Source: Acidobacteriota bacterium (GTDB lineage: Bacteria; Acidobacteriota; UBA6911; RPQK01; JADFOI01). From it: DNA of 64,000 bases. A model generated the notes under the pieces. That model did no database searches and was not told the origin of the DNA. It worked only from the letters and a program-made list of their open reading frames with translations. Each line of letters opens with the position of its first letter. Position 1 is the stretch's first letter. The stretch is taken from contig OY760074.1 of the NCBI GenBank assembly GCA_963663035.1, positions 1,024,001 through 1,088,000 on the forward strand, written 5' to 3'. Positions 18,124 to 28,234 of this stretch are shown here, one piece after another. The position numbers and the translations under genes are program-made.

Positions 18124-20762
18124 CCGAGAAATTCACCGACGAACTGGTAGGTTTGCTCCAGGGCCTCGCTCAAACGAGAGGGATCTTTTCCGCCTGCCTC
18201 TGCCATATCCGGCTTGCCGCCTCCCCCGCCCTTGACCAGGGGAGCGATTTTGCCAATCAACTCATTGGCATTGATTCTGTCTGTGAGATCCGACGTCACC
18301 ATGGCGACCAGACTCACCTTGCCGTCCCCGGGGGTGCCCAGGACCACGACGCCCGTCTTGAGGCGATTCTTGAGCTCATCGGCCAGTTGCCGGAGGCCGT
18401 TTCTATCCAGATTTTCTACCTTTTGTGAAAGGACTTTAACACCATTAATCTCACGAACTTCTTGAAGGATGTCGCTGCTCTTGTCCTGGGCCAACTTCAA
18501 CTGCAGCTGGTCGAGTTGCTTGTGTAATTCCTTGAGTTCCTGAAGGATCTTTGGCACCGCTTTTGCCAGTTCAGCGCGGCCAACCTTCAGATCTCCCGAG
18601 AGCTCGCCGAGCAGAGCTTCATCGTCCAAGAAGCGGGACAGGGCATTCTCACCGGTCATGGCCTCTACCCGCCGAACGCCGGCCGAAACACTGTTTTCGC
18701 TCACGATCTTAAAGAGTGCGATCTCGCCCGTTCGACTGACATGAGTTCCTCCACACAGCTCCATGCTGAAGCCCGGGATCTTGACGACTCGCACTTGCGC
18801 CTGGTACTTCTCGCCGAACAATGCCATGGCTCCTTCCTGGAGGGCGTCATCGAGGTCGCGGATCTGGGTCTGGACCTGGAGGTTTTTTCGGATCTTCCTG
18901 TTGACCAGTTCCTCGATTTGGCGGCTTTCCCGGCTGGTGAGGGGTTTGTAATGGGTGAAGTCAAAGCGTAGACGGCCTGGTGCCACCAGTGATCCGGCCT
19001 GTTTGACATGTTCTCCCAGAACTTCACGCAGGGCGGCATGCAGAAGATGTGTGGCGGTGTGATTGCGGGCGGTATGGGTTCTCTCCTCCAGCGAGACATC
19101 GCACAGAGCCGTCTCATCTTTCCTTAACCGGCCACTGTGTACTTTGACCTTGTGCAGGCGCAAGCCAGCGATAGGGCTGTAGACATCTTCTACAGAGGCA
19201 CGGGTGTCACCGTTGCGGATGGTTCCTGTATCGGCAACCTGCCCACCGGCCTCAGCGTAAAATGGAGTCTGATCGAGAACGATCTCTCCCGTCTGGCCCT
19301 CTGTAAGTTCTTGCACCAGTTGATCTTCCCGCAGGATGGCCAGAGCACGAGCAGGGACATCGCTGGTCTCGGTATATCCGGTGAATTCTGTGGGCAGTTC
19401 CTGGCGGGCAAGCTCCTGATAGATGGGCTCAATCTCTCTTCCTGCACCTTTCCAGCTGACTCTGGCCCTTTCACGCTGTTTCTCCATTTCAGCGTAATAA
19501 CCCCTCTCATCCACCTCCAGATTGCGTTCAAGGGCAATTTCCTGGGCCAGGTCGAAGGGAAACCCATAGGTATCATAGAGTCGAAAAAGCTCTTTTCCCG
19601 GCAGCACCCGCTGGTCTTTTTTGAGACTTTTCTCACAGATCTCCTCGAGGAGTGCCATCCCATGGTCGAGGGTGGCGCTGAATCGTTGCTCCTCGTTTTT
19701 GACGATTTCGGCTGCGTACTCACGAGTCTCCAGCAGTTCCGGATAGGCGTCTTTCATCAGGTTGGCCACCAGCGAGGTGAGGGTATAGATGAATGGCTGG
19801 GCAGTACCGAGCATCTTGCCGTGGCGAATGGCGCGCCGAAGAATCTTCCTGAGGACATACTCCCGACCTTCGTTGCCGGGCGCGACACCATCGTTGATGA
19901 GAAAGGCACAGGCCCGGCTGTGATCGGCCAGGATCCTCAAACTGATATCTTTTTTCTCGTCCTTGCCATACTCCACCCCGGTCTGGCGCGAGGCTTCCAG
20001 GATAAGGGGATGGAAAAGGTCGGTGTCATAGTTGCTCTGGACGCCCTGCAGAACACAGGCGAGTCTCTCCAATCCCATTCCCGTGTCGATGGAAGGGGAG
20101 GGAAGGGGCGTCATCTCACCTGAGGCATCTCTGTTGAACTGCATAAACACCAGGTTCCAGACCTCCACATATCGCCCGCAGTCACAGTCCCGTGAGCAGT
20201 CGACATGTCCAGCCGGGCTGGTGGTCAGGTCGTAGTGCAGCTCTGAACAGGGACCACAGGGTCCGGTAGCCCCCATTGACCAGAAATTCTCCTTGTCTCC
20301 CAATTTGAGGATGCGATCTGCAGGAACACCAACGTGGTCTCTCCACAGGGTCAGAGCCTCATCGTCATCTTGATAAATGGTGATGTGAAGCCGCTCCGCG
20401 GGAAGTTTATAGACCTGTGTGCACAGCTCCCAGGCACACTCGATCGCTTTCTTCTTGAAATAGTCTCCAAAGGAGAAGTTGCCCAACATCTCAAAGAAGG
20501 TGTGATGCAGGCTGGTGCGACCCACCGTCTCCAGATCGTTATGCTTGCCGCTCACGCGCATGCACTTTTGACTGCTGGTGGCCCGGTTGTAGTCGCGCTT
20601 TTCCAATCCCAGGAAAACATCCTTGAACTGGTTCATTCCCGCGTTGGTGAAAAGGAGAGTGGGGTCGTTTTCGGGAACCAACGAGCTGCTCTTCACGCGC
20701 TTGTGCTGGTGATCCTCAAAATACTGCAGAAAGCCTTCTCGGATCTCGTTGGAGGTCTTCAT
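18120..20762 (-). CDS. alaS: Alanine--tRNA ligase
   Basis: DPTLLFTNAGMNQFK, HHTFFEMLGNFSFGDYFK, DTGMGLER, HTATHLLH, ELCGGTH, GGGGGK. Confidence 0.99.
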   Translation of the reverse strand: MKTSNEIREGFLQYFEDHQHKRVKSSSLVPENDPTLLFTNAGMNQFKDVFLGLEKRDYNRATSSQKCMRVSGKHNDLETVGRTSLHHTFFEMLGNFSFGDYFKKKAIECAWELCTQVYKLPAERLHITIYQDDDEALTLWRDHVGVPADRILKLGDKENFWSMGATGPCGPCSELHYDLTTSPAGHVDCSRDCDCGRYVEVWNLVFMQFNRDASGEMTPLPSPSIDTGMGLERLACVLQGVQSNYDTDLFHPLILEASRQTGVEYGKDEKKDISLRILADHSRACAFLINDGVAPGNEGREYVLRKILRRAIRHGKMLGTAQPFIYTLTSLVANLMKDAYPELLETREYAAEIVKNEEQRFSATLDHGMALLEEICEKSLKKDQRVLPGKELFRLYDTYGFPFDLAQEIALERNLEVDERGYYAEMEKQRERARVSWKGAGREIEPIYQELARQELPTEFTGYTETSDVPARALAILREDQLVQELTEGQTGEIVLDQTPFYAEAGGQVADTGTIRNGDTRASVEDVYSPIAGLRLHKVKVHSGRLRKDETALCDVSLEERTHTARNHTATHLLHAALREVLGEHVKQAGSLVAPGRLRFDFTHYKPLTSRESRQIEELVNRKIRKNLQVQTQIRDLDDALQEGAMALFGEKYQAQVRVVKIPGFSMELCGGTHVSRTGEIALFKIVSENSVSAGVRRVEAMTGENALSRFLDDEALLGELSGDLKVGRAELAKAVPKILQELKELHKQLDQLQLKLAQDKSSDILQEVREINGVKVLSQKVENLDRNGLRQLADELKNRLKTGVVVLGTPGDGKVSLVAMVTSDLTDRINANELIGKIAPLVKGGGGGKPDMAEAGGKDPSRLSEALEQTYQFVGEFLG

Positions 20763-20773
20763 TTAGGTTTTTC

Positions 20774-21250
20774 TCAATCCCAATCGATCTTCTGAAAGTA
20801 GGGCCCCAGTTGCTCCCTCACCAGGGCGGAAAGGTATCCCAGCCGGACACAATGATCAAAAAGCTTCTTGAGCTGAGGGGCGGTTTGGGGTCTTCCCGAT
20901 TTCCCAACCCATATCTGTATGGCTTCTTGCAGGCTTTGTTCTTCCTTCTTCGCTCCGTTGACCTGTTCTAGAATGCCGGGGATCATTCTAGCATCGATGC
21001 CCAGCCTCTTTAAATCCTGGACGATTCTGCGGTCGCCCCAAAGCCCACGCTGACGCCTGCTCAGAGCACGCCGCAAGGCAACAGCCTGATCGTCGAGGAG
21101 TCCCTCTTCCTGGAGACGGTTGAGAACCTCTTCTACGGCCTGGGAAGGGCCCTTGACAAGCAGTTTTCCTCGAAGTGCGAAGCGAGTGTGATCTCTTCTG
21201 GCCAGCAGGCGCAAGGCACGTCCGTAGAGAGGGGAGGTTTCAGCTGCCAA
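20774..21250 (-). CDS. recX: Regulatory protein RecX
   Basis: ALRLLARRDHT, LQEEGLLDD, WGDRRIVQDLKRLGI; recX-alaS synteny. Confidence 0.85.
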   Translation of the reverse strand: MAAETSPLYGRALRLLARRDHTRFALRGKLLVKGPSQAVEEVLNRLQEEGLLDDQAVALRRALSRRQRGLWGDRRIVQDLKRLGIDARMIPGILEQVNGAKKEEQSLQEAIQIWVGKSGRPQTAPQLKKLFDHCVRLGYLSALVREQLGPYFQKIDWD

Positions 21251-21268
21251 GTTTCAGGTTTTACGACC

Positions 21269-22207
21269 TCAATCGCTCTTTTCCCCGTAGACCAGCGTCA
21301 TCCAGGAGTGTCGATCGTCCACCTTTCCCTTAACGTAGTCGAAAAAGTCTTGCTGGATCTGGGTCGTGATGGGTCCTCGTTCTCCTGGGCCGACCGGGAT
21401 GTGATCGACAGAGCGGATCGGGGTGACTTCAGCGGCTGTCCCGGTGAGAAAGATTTCATCAGCGAGATAGAGCATCTCTCGAGGAAGGACTTCTTCGACG
21501 ACCTCGTAACCGCGCTCTTTGGCCAGGGTGATGACGCTGTTCCGCGTGATACCTGGAAGGATGGCGCTGCTGATCGGGGTGGTGTGCAGCTTCCCATGGC
21601 GGATCAAGAAGATATTTTCGCCACTCCCCTCGCTGATGAACCCCTGGCTGTCAAGGGCCACACCCTCGGCAAATCCATTGGTGACGGCCTCCATCTTGAT
21701 GAGGATGCTGTTGATGTAGTTTCCCGCTACCTTGGCCATGGAGGGAAAGGTGTTGGGTGCGGCTCGGCTCCAGCTCGAGACACAGACATCGACACCGGTC
21801 TCAGTTGATTCATCCCCCAGATAGGAACCCCACTCCCACACCAGAATGAAACATTCCGTAGGAGCTTGAAGGGGATTGAGCCCCAGGCTGCCAGCGCCGC
21901 AAAAAATGAGAGGGCGGATGTAACAGTGTTCCAGCTCGTTGACTCGAATCGTTTCCAGGATCGCCTGCTGAAGGTCCTGGGGAGAGAAGGGAATTTCTCG
22001 GCGGTAGATCTTACAGGAATCGAAAAGTCTCCCCACGTGCTCTTCCAGGCGGAACACTTCAGAGCCTCTCGATGACTGATAGCAGCGAAGTCCCTCGAAC
22101 CAGGAGGAGCCGTAATGCAGGCCGTGAGAGCTGACGTGAACGTTGGCTTTCTCCCAGTCGACAAACTCGCCGTTATACCAAATCTTTTTCGACTTAGGAG
22201 CAGTCAT
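21269..22207 (-). CDS. ilvE: Branched-chain amino acid aminotransferase
   Basis: HGLHYGSSWFEG, YIRP, AKVAGNY (PLP Lys), EGSGENIF, ILPGITR, GTAAEVTP. Confidence 0.96.
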   Translation of the reverse strand: MTAPKSKKIWYNGEFVDWEKANVHVSSHGLHYGSSWFEGLRCYQSSRGSEVFRLEEHVGRLFDSCKIYRREIPFSPQDLQQAILETIRVNELEHCYIRPLIFCGAGSLGLNPLQAPTECFILVWEWGSYLGDESTETGVDVCVSSWSRAAPNTFPSMAKVAGNYINSILIKMEAVTNGFAEGVALDSQGFISEGSGENIFLIRHGKLHTTPISSAILPGITRNSVITLAKERGYEVVEEVLPREMLYLADEIFLTGTAAEVTPIRSVDHIPVGPGERGPITTQIQQDFFDYVKGKVDDRHSWMTLVYGEKSD

Positions 22208-22214
22208 GAGGCAC

Positions 22215-22243
22215 AGGATAGGAGGCTGGTGGCCACAAGTCAA
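22215..22243 (-). promoter_or_regulatory. Sigma70-type promoter of ilvE
   Basis: TTGACT-17 nt-TATCCT, 7 nt before ATG 22207. Confidence 0.65.
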
Positions 22244-23226
22244 TCCTGAGACGGTGGAGCACTGTGTTTCCTGGCGAAGTAACCCTTCTTCGCCCGGATC
22301 TTCAAGCCTCTCTCTTTGGCATTTCGGACAATGACGTCAGTTTTCCGCCAAGTCCCATCCAAGGTCGGATTGCTGGAGACATAGGCCAGGCGATATTGGT
22401 TGCGTAGCTCGTAGGCAATGGACTCGAAGACTTCGCTGAGTTGCTCAATTTCCTCGGGGAAGAAGGCCTCTCCACCCGTGCTTTCAGGAATGGCCCTGAT
22501 CTGCTCGCGGATCTTCTCGCTTTCCGACTTGAAAACGCCGAAGAACCCGCCGCTTCTCGATAGGTCCCGGTCCAGGAAGGCGACAACATAGAGTTGAACG
22601 TCACTTTCCTCCACTTTCTCCACAACCTCCTGGTGGTCATAGAAGCTGTCCTTGTCCTCTCCGTCGGTAAATACGATGACGGCTTTTTTGGGCTCGCTTC
22701 CCTCTCTGGCCTTATCAACGGCCAGATAGATGGCATCATACAGAGCGGTGCCTCCCGAGATAATGAGGTTGTCCAGGGCATCGTAGATGTCCTGGACGTC
22801 CGTGGTGAAATCCTGCTCTAACTCGACTTCGTCCTTGAAGGCGATGAAGAACAGCTCATTCTGAGGATTGTTCTTGGTGAGGAAAAGGTGAGTGGCCTGG
22901 TTGACCAGGTCAAATTTGTCCCGCATGCTGCCGCTGGAGTCGATGACCACTCCCACCGTTGAGGGAACATCGTCCCGGCCAAAGTAAGTGATTTCCTGCT
23001 GGATCTTGTCTTCATAAACCAGGAAATCCTCTTTCTGAAGATTCGAGACCAGGGTGTTTTCTCTGTCGTAGACCGAGGAATAGAGCACGACCTGTTCGAC
23101 CTCGGCACGAAATTGGGCGGGCGTTCCTGCTTCTGGGTTCTGAGCAAGGGCAAACCCAGCTGGTGGGCACAGTGTCAAAAGAAGGGCGCTCAGCAGGGTT
23201 TGTTTGGGCGAGATGAGCTCAAGCAT
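22240..23226 (-). CDS. Secreted VWA-domain protein (Acidobacterial)
   Basis: Signal peptide; DSSGSM MIDAS, TALYDAI, FTDGED, ELRNQY, DGTWRK. Confidence 0.9.
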   Translation of the reverse strand: MLELISPKQTLLSALLLTLCPPAGFALAQNPEAGTPAQFRAEVEQVVLYSSVYDRENTLVSNLQKEDFLVYEDKIQQEITYFGRDDVPSTVGVVIDSSGSMRDKFDLVNQATHLFLTKNNPQNELFFIAFKDEVELEQDFTTDVQDIYDALDNLIISGGTALYDAIYLAVDKAREGSEPKKAVIVFTDGEDKDSFYDHQEVVEKVEESDVQLYVVAFLDRDLSRSGGFFGVFKSESEKIREQIRAIPESTGGEAFFPEEIEQLSEVFESIAYELRNQYRLAYVSSNPTLDGTWRKTDVIVRNAKERGLKIRAKKGYFARKHSAPPSQD

Positions 23227-23244
23227 GAATCTGGGTGAAGGATC

Positions 23245-24144
23245 CTATTTTCGAGGAGCAAAGTAACCCTCTTTGGTACGAACCTTCAATTTGGGCATAC
23301 CTTCGGGTGGATCCAGGCGCACCTGGACTTTGCGCCAGCTGCCGTCGGACTTGGAATCTGTGGAGCTGTAGCCCACCAGGTACTGGCTGCGCAACTCGGA
23401 GTGGATCAAGTCACAGAAGTAATCCAGCTGCTTGAAATTATTGGGGAAAAAGGCCCGGCCACCCGTCAGACGGACGATTTCCGTAATGATGCCCCGCCCG
23501 TACTCCATCTCGCTCCTTTCGCCGACGACATAGATCTGGACATCCGATTCCTTGACGAAGTCTTTGAGCTCGCTGAAGGTGTAGCGGCTGCTGTTGTCTT
23601 CACCGTCGGTGATGACGATGAGAGCTTTCTTATCACTGCGAGCATCACGGATCTTCTCCAAGCCTATGTAGATGGCATCATACAAGGCTGTTCGTCCTTT
23701 GGGGGACTTAATGGACAGCTCATTTTGGATGTTTTCGCTGCGGTTGGTGAAATCCCGCACGAGTGTGGACTGCTCATTAAAAGTGACCAGAAAGTATTCA
23801 TCCTCCGGATCGCCCTGTTCCAGAAAGCGAATCACCGAACTGCGAGCACTCAGGACATTGTCTCCCATGGATCCGCTGGTATCGAGGATGATTCCGACGC
23901 TGATCGGGGAACTGTCGCTGGAGAAATGGGTCAGGGTCTGTTCGAGTTTATTCTCGAAAAGCTGGAAGTGCTCCCTCTGCAAACCAACAACGTAGCGGTT
24001 TAGCGGGTCCGTTACAGTGACTCGCACCACGACGGTATCAACATTGATTCGAAAGCGGGGAGGTGAGAGGTCTTCTTCAGCTACACCTATCCCAACACTA
24101 AAAAGAAGGCTAAGAATAAGACAGGGGATACAAACCCTTCTCAT
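23245..24144 (-). CDS. Secreted VWA-domain protein (Acidobacterial)
   Basis: DTSGSM, TALYDAI, ITDGEDNSS, ELRSQY, DGSWRKVQV. Confidence 0.9.
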   Translation of the reverse strand: MRRVCIPCLILSLLFSVGIGVAEEDLSPPRFRINVDTVVVRVTVTDPLNRYVVGLQREHFQLFENKLEQTLTHFSSDSSPISVGIILDTSGSMGDNVLSARSSVIRFLEQGDPEDEYFLVTFNEQSTLVRDFTNRSENIQNELSIKSPKGRTALYDAIYIGLEKIRDARSDKKALIVITDGEDNSSRYTFSELKDFVKESDVQIYVVGERSEMEYGRGIITEIVRLTGGRAFFPNNFKQLDYFCDLIHSELRSQYLVGYSSTDSKSDGSWRKVQVRLDPPEGMPKLKVRTKEGYFAPRK

Positions 24145-24215
24145 GACTATACTTACTATGATAGCTGAAAATGACCGAGAGTGAAAGGAGAAAATCTGAG
24201 AAGTGTGGTTTCTCG

Positions 24216-26480
24216 TTACTGGTCCTGGATCTGAGCGAAATAGTCCTGGGGAACCAGGACTTGGCGGGGTTTGCTCCCATCGGGTGGGCCAATCAATCCC
24301 TCATGCTCCATCATGTCCAGCATTCGGGCTGCTCGTCCGTACCCGATCCTCAAGCGCCGCTGAAGCATGGAGGTTGAGGCTTTGCCAGTCTCTACGACAA
24401 ATTGCGCAGCCTGTTGGTAGAACTCATCTTCCAGATCGGAGATCTCGAGGAGGGAGCTCTCCTTTTCTTTCTCTACCCCAACCACCACCTCCTCTTCATA
24501 CTCAGGCTGGGCCTGTTTTTTGAGGAATCCGGTGATCAGCTGAATTTCCTTTTCGCTGATGTAGCCTCCGTGGATGCGGATCAACCGAGATGTTCCAGGT
24601 GGGAGAAAGAGCATGTCACCATCTCCCAACAGTCGTTCCGCGCCGTTGCAGTCAAGAACGGTGCGCGAGTCGACCTTGGAGGACACGCGAAAGGAAAGCC
24701 GGCAGGGAAAGTTAGCCTTGATGAGTCCGGTCAGCACGTCTACAGAGGGGCGCTGCGTGGCCAGGATCAAGTGGATACCAATGGCTCTGGCCATTTGTGC
24801 CAGGCGAGTCACGGAAGCTTCCACTTCCTTGCCGGCGGTCATCATCAAATCCGCCAACTCGTCTACGATCAAGACAATATAGGGAAGCGGGAGGTTCTCT
24901 TCGTCATCATTTTTCTCACTCAGGATCAACCGGTTGTATTGATCGATGTTGCGTACCCCCCGCTGGGCCAGCAACTTGTAACGCTGTTCCATCTCGTTGA
25001 CAGTCCAGTTGAGGGCATTGGCGGCTCGTTTTGGGTCCGTGACAATGGGGGTGAGTAAATGAGGAATGTCCTCGTATACTCCCAACTCCAAGCGCTTGGG
25101 ATCAATCATGATAAAGCGCACCTGGGCCGGACTGCACTTATAGAGGATGGAACAGACTGCGCAGTTCAAGGCCACGCTCTTTCCGGAACCCGTGGCCCCG
25201 GCAATGAGAAGATGAGGCATGCTGGCCAGATCACTGATGTAAGTACTCCCGTTGATCAGCTTTCCCAGTGCCAGTGTGAGCCGGGAAGTGGATTTTTCAA
25301 AGGCGGTCCCGGCCAGCAGCTCCCGAAAACGGATGGGGTGACGGTGGAGATTCGGAACTTCAATTCCCACGGTGTTTTTTCCGGGAATCCGGTCAATGCG
25401 AATCGACTCCGCTTTCAGAGCCAGACACAGGTCGTCGGCCAGGCTTGTGATCCTGCTGTACTTGATTCCGGCCTCAGGCTTGAACTCAAAAGTGGTGACA
25501 ATAGGCCCGGGGTGGATTTGAAGGACGCGGCCATGGACATCAAATTCAGCACACTTGGTGGCCAGAATTTGAGCCCGCTCGATCAAGTGAGGGTCATCGA
25601 TAACGGTGTCATCCTGCGGCAGCTGGAGAAAATCCAAAGGGGGAGTCTGATAGGGACGAACAGCCTGGCTTCCCAGAGAAGAGCTGGAGCTGTCCTGGAT
25701 CGATAGAGGGCCCGAAGGCGATGGTCTCAACTTTGGAGGAAGCGTTACGGTGACCGTTGGCAGGTGGTCTGATATCGTCTCCTGTGGGACCTTTCTTACG
25801 GGTGGTTCATTCAAAAAGAATCTTCGGGGCGGGGGCTGTGTGACCAACTTCTTTTTGTCCTGACTCAACCGGGCCAGGCTCTTTCTGTCACGGCGATGCG
25901 CTCGCCAGGAGACGTAGTGTCCAATCAGGATCGGAGAAAAATTCCAGTTTCGTTCCTGAATCCAGGTGAGGGTGTGATCTATGGAGAAGCGGGTGGTCGT
26001 GATCAAAGACAGAATCAGAAGGGCGGCCACCACAACCAGTGATCCCGGAGCATTCAGGAAGAGTAAGAGAGCATTTGCCAGCAAAAGGCCCAGCATGCCT
26101 CCGGCCATGAAGTTGACACTCTCTGGCAGGGTGGGAGAGAGCAGGCTCAATCCGGCACTAAGCGCTGCCAGGGTGCAGGAAAGACCCAACACTTTGATGA
26201 AAGGATATTCTGCTGACCGACCCCGGATCGTCTTGTAACCCAGCACCAGTAGGAGCAGCGGGAGATAGAGGGCAGCCAGTCCCAGAAGCTGGAAGAGGAA
26301 ATCGGAACTCCAGGCGCCGAGCTTGCCTACATAGTTGGCGTATTCCAGGGCGGCTGAGGAAACACTGGCCGAAGGGTCCAGGCCGTTGTGGCTGAGCAGG
26401 GAAAGGAGAAGAAGCAGCGAGGAGGCCAGAAACACCACTCCCAGGAGCTCACCTGCCTTTTGTCTTTGATAAATAGACAT
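24216..26480 (-). CDS. ftsK: DNA translocase FtsK
   Basis: N-terminal TM domain, PHLLIAGATGSGKS, IVDELADLM, ATQRPSVDV, gamma domain LQRRLRIGYGRAAR. Confidence 0.97.
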   Translation of the reverse strand: MSIYQRQKAGELLGVVFLASSLLLLLSLLSHNGLDPSASVSSAALEYANYVGKLGAWSSDFLFQLLGLAALYLPLLLLVLGYKTIRGRSAEYPFIKVLGLSCTLAALSAGLSLLSPTLPESVNFMAGGMLGLLLANALLLFLNAPGSLVVVAALLILSLITTTRFSIDHTLTWIQERNWNFSPILIGHYVSWRAHRRDRKSLARLSQDKKKLVTQPPPRRFFLNEPPVRKVPQETISDHLPTVTVTLPPKLRPSPSGPLSIQDSSSSSLGSQAVRPYQTPPLDFLQLPQDDTVIDDPHLIERAQILATKCAEFDVHGRVLQIHPGPIVTTFEFKPEAGIKYSRITSLADDLCLALKAESIRIDRIPGKNTVGIEVPNLHRHPIRFRELLAGTAFEKSTSRLTLALGKLINGSTYISDLASMPHLLIAGATGSGKSVALNCAVCSILYKCSPAQVRFIMIDPKRLELGVYEDIPHLLTPIVTDPKRAANALNWTVNEMEQRYKLLAQRGVRNIDQYNRLILSEKNDDEENLPLPYIVLIVDELADLMMTAGKEVEASVTRLAQMARAIGIHLILATQRPSVDVLTGLIKANFPCRLSFRVSSKVDSRTVLDCNGAERLLGDGDMLFLPPGTSRLIRIHGGYISEKEIQLITGFLKKQAQPEYEEEVVVGVEKEKESSLLEISDLEDEFYQQAAQFVVETGKASTSMLQRRLRIGYGRAARMLDMMEHEGLIGPPDGSKPRQVLVPQDYFAQIQDQ

Positions 26481-26524
26481 AGCTCGAGTAACCTCTCACT
26501 CTACCAACTGACGGTGACTCTTCT

Positions 26525-26558
26525 TGTCAGCGGTCAGTGGTTAGCTGTCAGTTGTCAG
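26525..26558. repeat. Heptamer tandem repeat (TCAGYKG-like)
   Basis: gtcagcg gtcagtg gttagct gtcagtt gtcagtt; related runs at about 62054-62080 and 62917-62975. Confidence 0.7.
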
Positions 26559-28222
26559 TTGTTGAGCAGCACCGGCAAAATAATCGGTCTCTTGCCGGTC
26601 TGTTTTCGCAGAAAGCGTCGGAGACCCTTTCGCAGGAGATCTTTAAAGACTTCCTCATCCTGCCTGTCTTCCAGCGCCGTTTGGGCCACCAGGGAGGAGA
26701 CCTCATTTTGAGCAGCTTCGACCAGGTCGGAGGAGGTCTCCATGAGCACAAAGCCTCTGGAAACCAGCTGCGGCTCTCCCAGGAGATCTCCTGTGACGCG
26801 GTCCAGGCGCAAGACCAGGACCACGAAGCCATCCTCGGACAGATAACGGCGGTCTCGCAGGACCCCCTCGTGAACCTCCTCCAGAAGACCTTCGTCGATA
26901 AAGCGTTTGCCCACCTTGATCGTTCCAGCTACCTCCATTGAATCGGGTAGGAGCTTCAAGATGTCTCCGTTTTCAATGATGAGAATGTTTTCTGGAGGGA
27001 TTCCTTGATCCTGGGCCAGCTCCGCATGATTCTTCAGTTGTCTGAACTCTCCATGGATGGGGACAAAAAACTTGGGTCGGGTCACATTGATCATCTGCTT
27101 CAGGTCATCGCGCAGACCATGACCAGAGCTGTGAATGGATGAGTGGCGAGAGTCGTAGACTCGAGCACCACGGCGATAGAAATGGTTCATCAGGTTGGAG
27201 ATCGGCTTTTCATTTCCCGGGATGATCCGTGCCGAAAGAATGACCAGATCTCCTTCTTCGACTTCGATGGCCTTGAATTCATTCCTGGACATGCGACTCA
27301 GAGCCGAGCGGGGTTCTCCCTGACTACCGGTGGCTAGAACAATCAGTTCATCCACCGCATAATCCTTTGTCTCCTTTGCTGAGATCAGGAGATTTTCGGG
27401 GACGTGGAGATAGTCGAGCTGGGTGGCTATTTTGATGTTGGTAATCATGCTGCGGCCCACAGGCACGACCTTCCGTCCGGACTCCTGGGCCAGGTCCAGG
27501 ATGACTTGAATGCGATGAATGCTGCTGGCAAAGCAAGCCACAATGATTTTCTTCTGTGCCGTCTCAAAGAGATTGCGCAGCGCGTCATACATGGTGGTCT
27601 CAGAAGCAGCCTGGCCTGAGGTCCGGCTATTGGTACTATCGGAGAACAGGGCCAGGACCCCTTTCTCCGCGTACTCCGAGAGACGATCTAGGTCGCTTAT
27701 CTTGCCATCTATCGGTCCTTGATCGAGCTTGAAATCCCCGGTCCAGATGATTCTTCCCACCGGGCTGGAAATGGCAAAGCAAAAGGCATCGGGGAAAGAG
27801 TGGGTCATGTGGAGGGGTTCAACGGTGAAAGAGCCGAACTCGAGTTTCTGTCTGGCCTCGATGGAGACCAGTTGTGCCGAGTCCTCCAGTTTGTGTTCCT
27901 TTAACCTTTCAGTCACCAGACCCAGCGTCAGGCGGCTGCCATAAACGGGAACCGGGATTTCGCCAATTAGATAAGCGAGTCCTCCCGCATGGTCCTCGTG
28001 ACCATGAGTCAGTAATATGGCCCGCAGTTGCTCTTGATTCTCCTTCAGGAAGGAAATGTCGGGAACGATCACCTCCACCCCTAGATCGTACCCCTGACCG
28101 TTACCGGGAAAGGTCACTCCGGCGTCGATGAGGATCATATCACTGCCGCAGCGCAGCGCTGCGCAGTTCATTCCAAACTCACCCAGACCTCCAAGAGGCA
28201 TGACTTCCAGACAATCACTCAT
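26555..28222 (-). CDS. rnj: Ribonuclease J
   Basis: PLGGLGEFGMN, THGHEDH, HSFPD, GDFK, GSQGEP, HSSGH, PIHGE. Confidence 0.96.
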   Translation of the reverse strand: MSDCLEVMPLGGLGEFGMNCAALRCGSDMILIDAGVTFPGNGQGYDLGVEVIVPDISFLKENQEQLRAILLTHGHEDHAGGLAYLIGEIPVPVYGSRLTLGLVTERLKEHKLEDSAQLVSIEARQKLEFGSFTVEPLHMTHSFPDAFCFAISSPVGRIIWTGDFKLDQGPIDGKISDLDRLSEYAEKGVLALFSDSTNSRTSGQAASETTMYDALRNLFETAQKKIIVACFASSIHRIQVILDLAQESGRKVVPVGRSMITNIKIATQLDYLHVPENLLISAKETKDYAVDELIVLATGSQGEPRSALSRMSRNEFKAIEVEEGDLVILSARIIPGNEKPISNLMNHFYRRGARVYDSRHSSIHSSGHGLRDDLKQMINVTRPKFFVPIHGEFRQLKNHAELAQDQGIPPENILIIENGDILKLLPDSMEVAGTIKVGKRFIDEGLLEEVHEGVLRDRRYLSEDGFVVLVLRLDRVTGDLLGEPQLVSRGFVLMETSSDLVEAAQNEVSSLVAQTALEDRQDEEVFKDLLRKGLRRFLRKQTGKRPIILPVLLNN

Positions 28223-28234
28223 GAGACGGGTAAA

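Noticed and set aside
19137-20123. Long antisense ORFs (also 1174-1992, 8720-9526, 39455-40096, 40989-41948, 60179-61006)
   Set aside because: Shadow frames opposite well-supported genes, as expected in GC-rich DNA.
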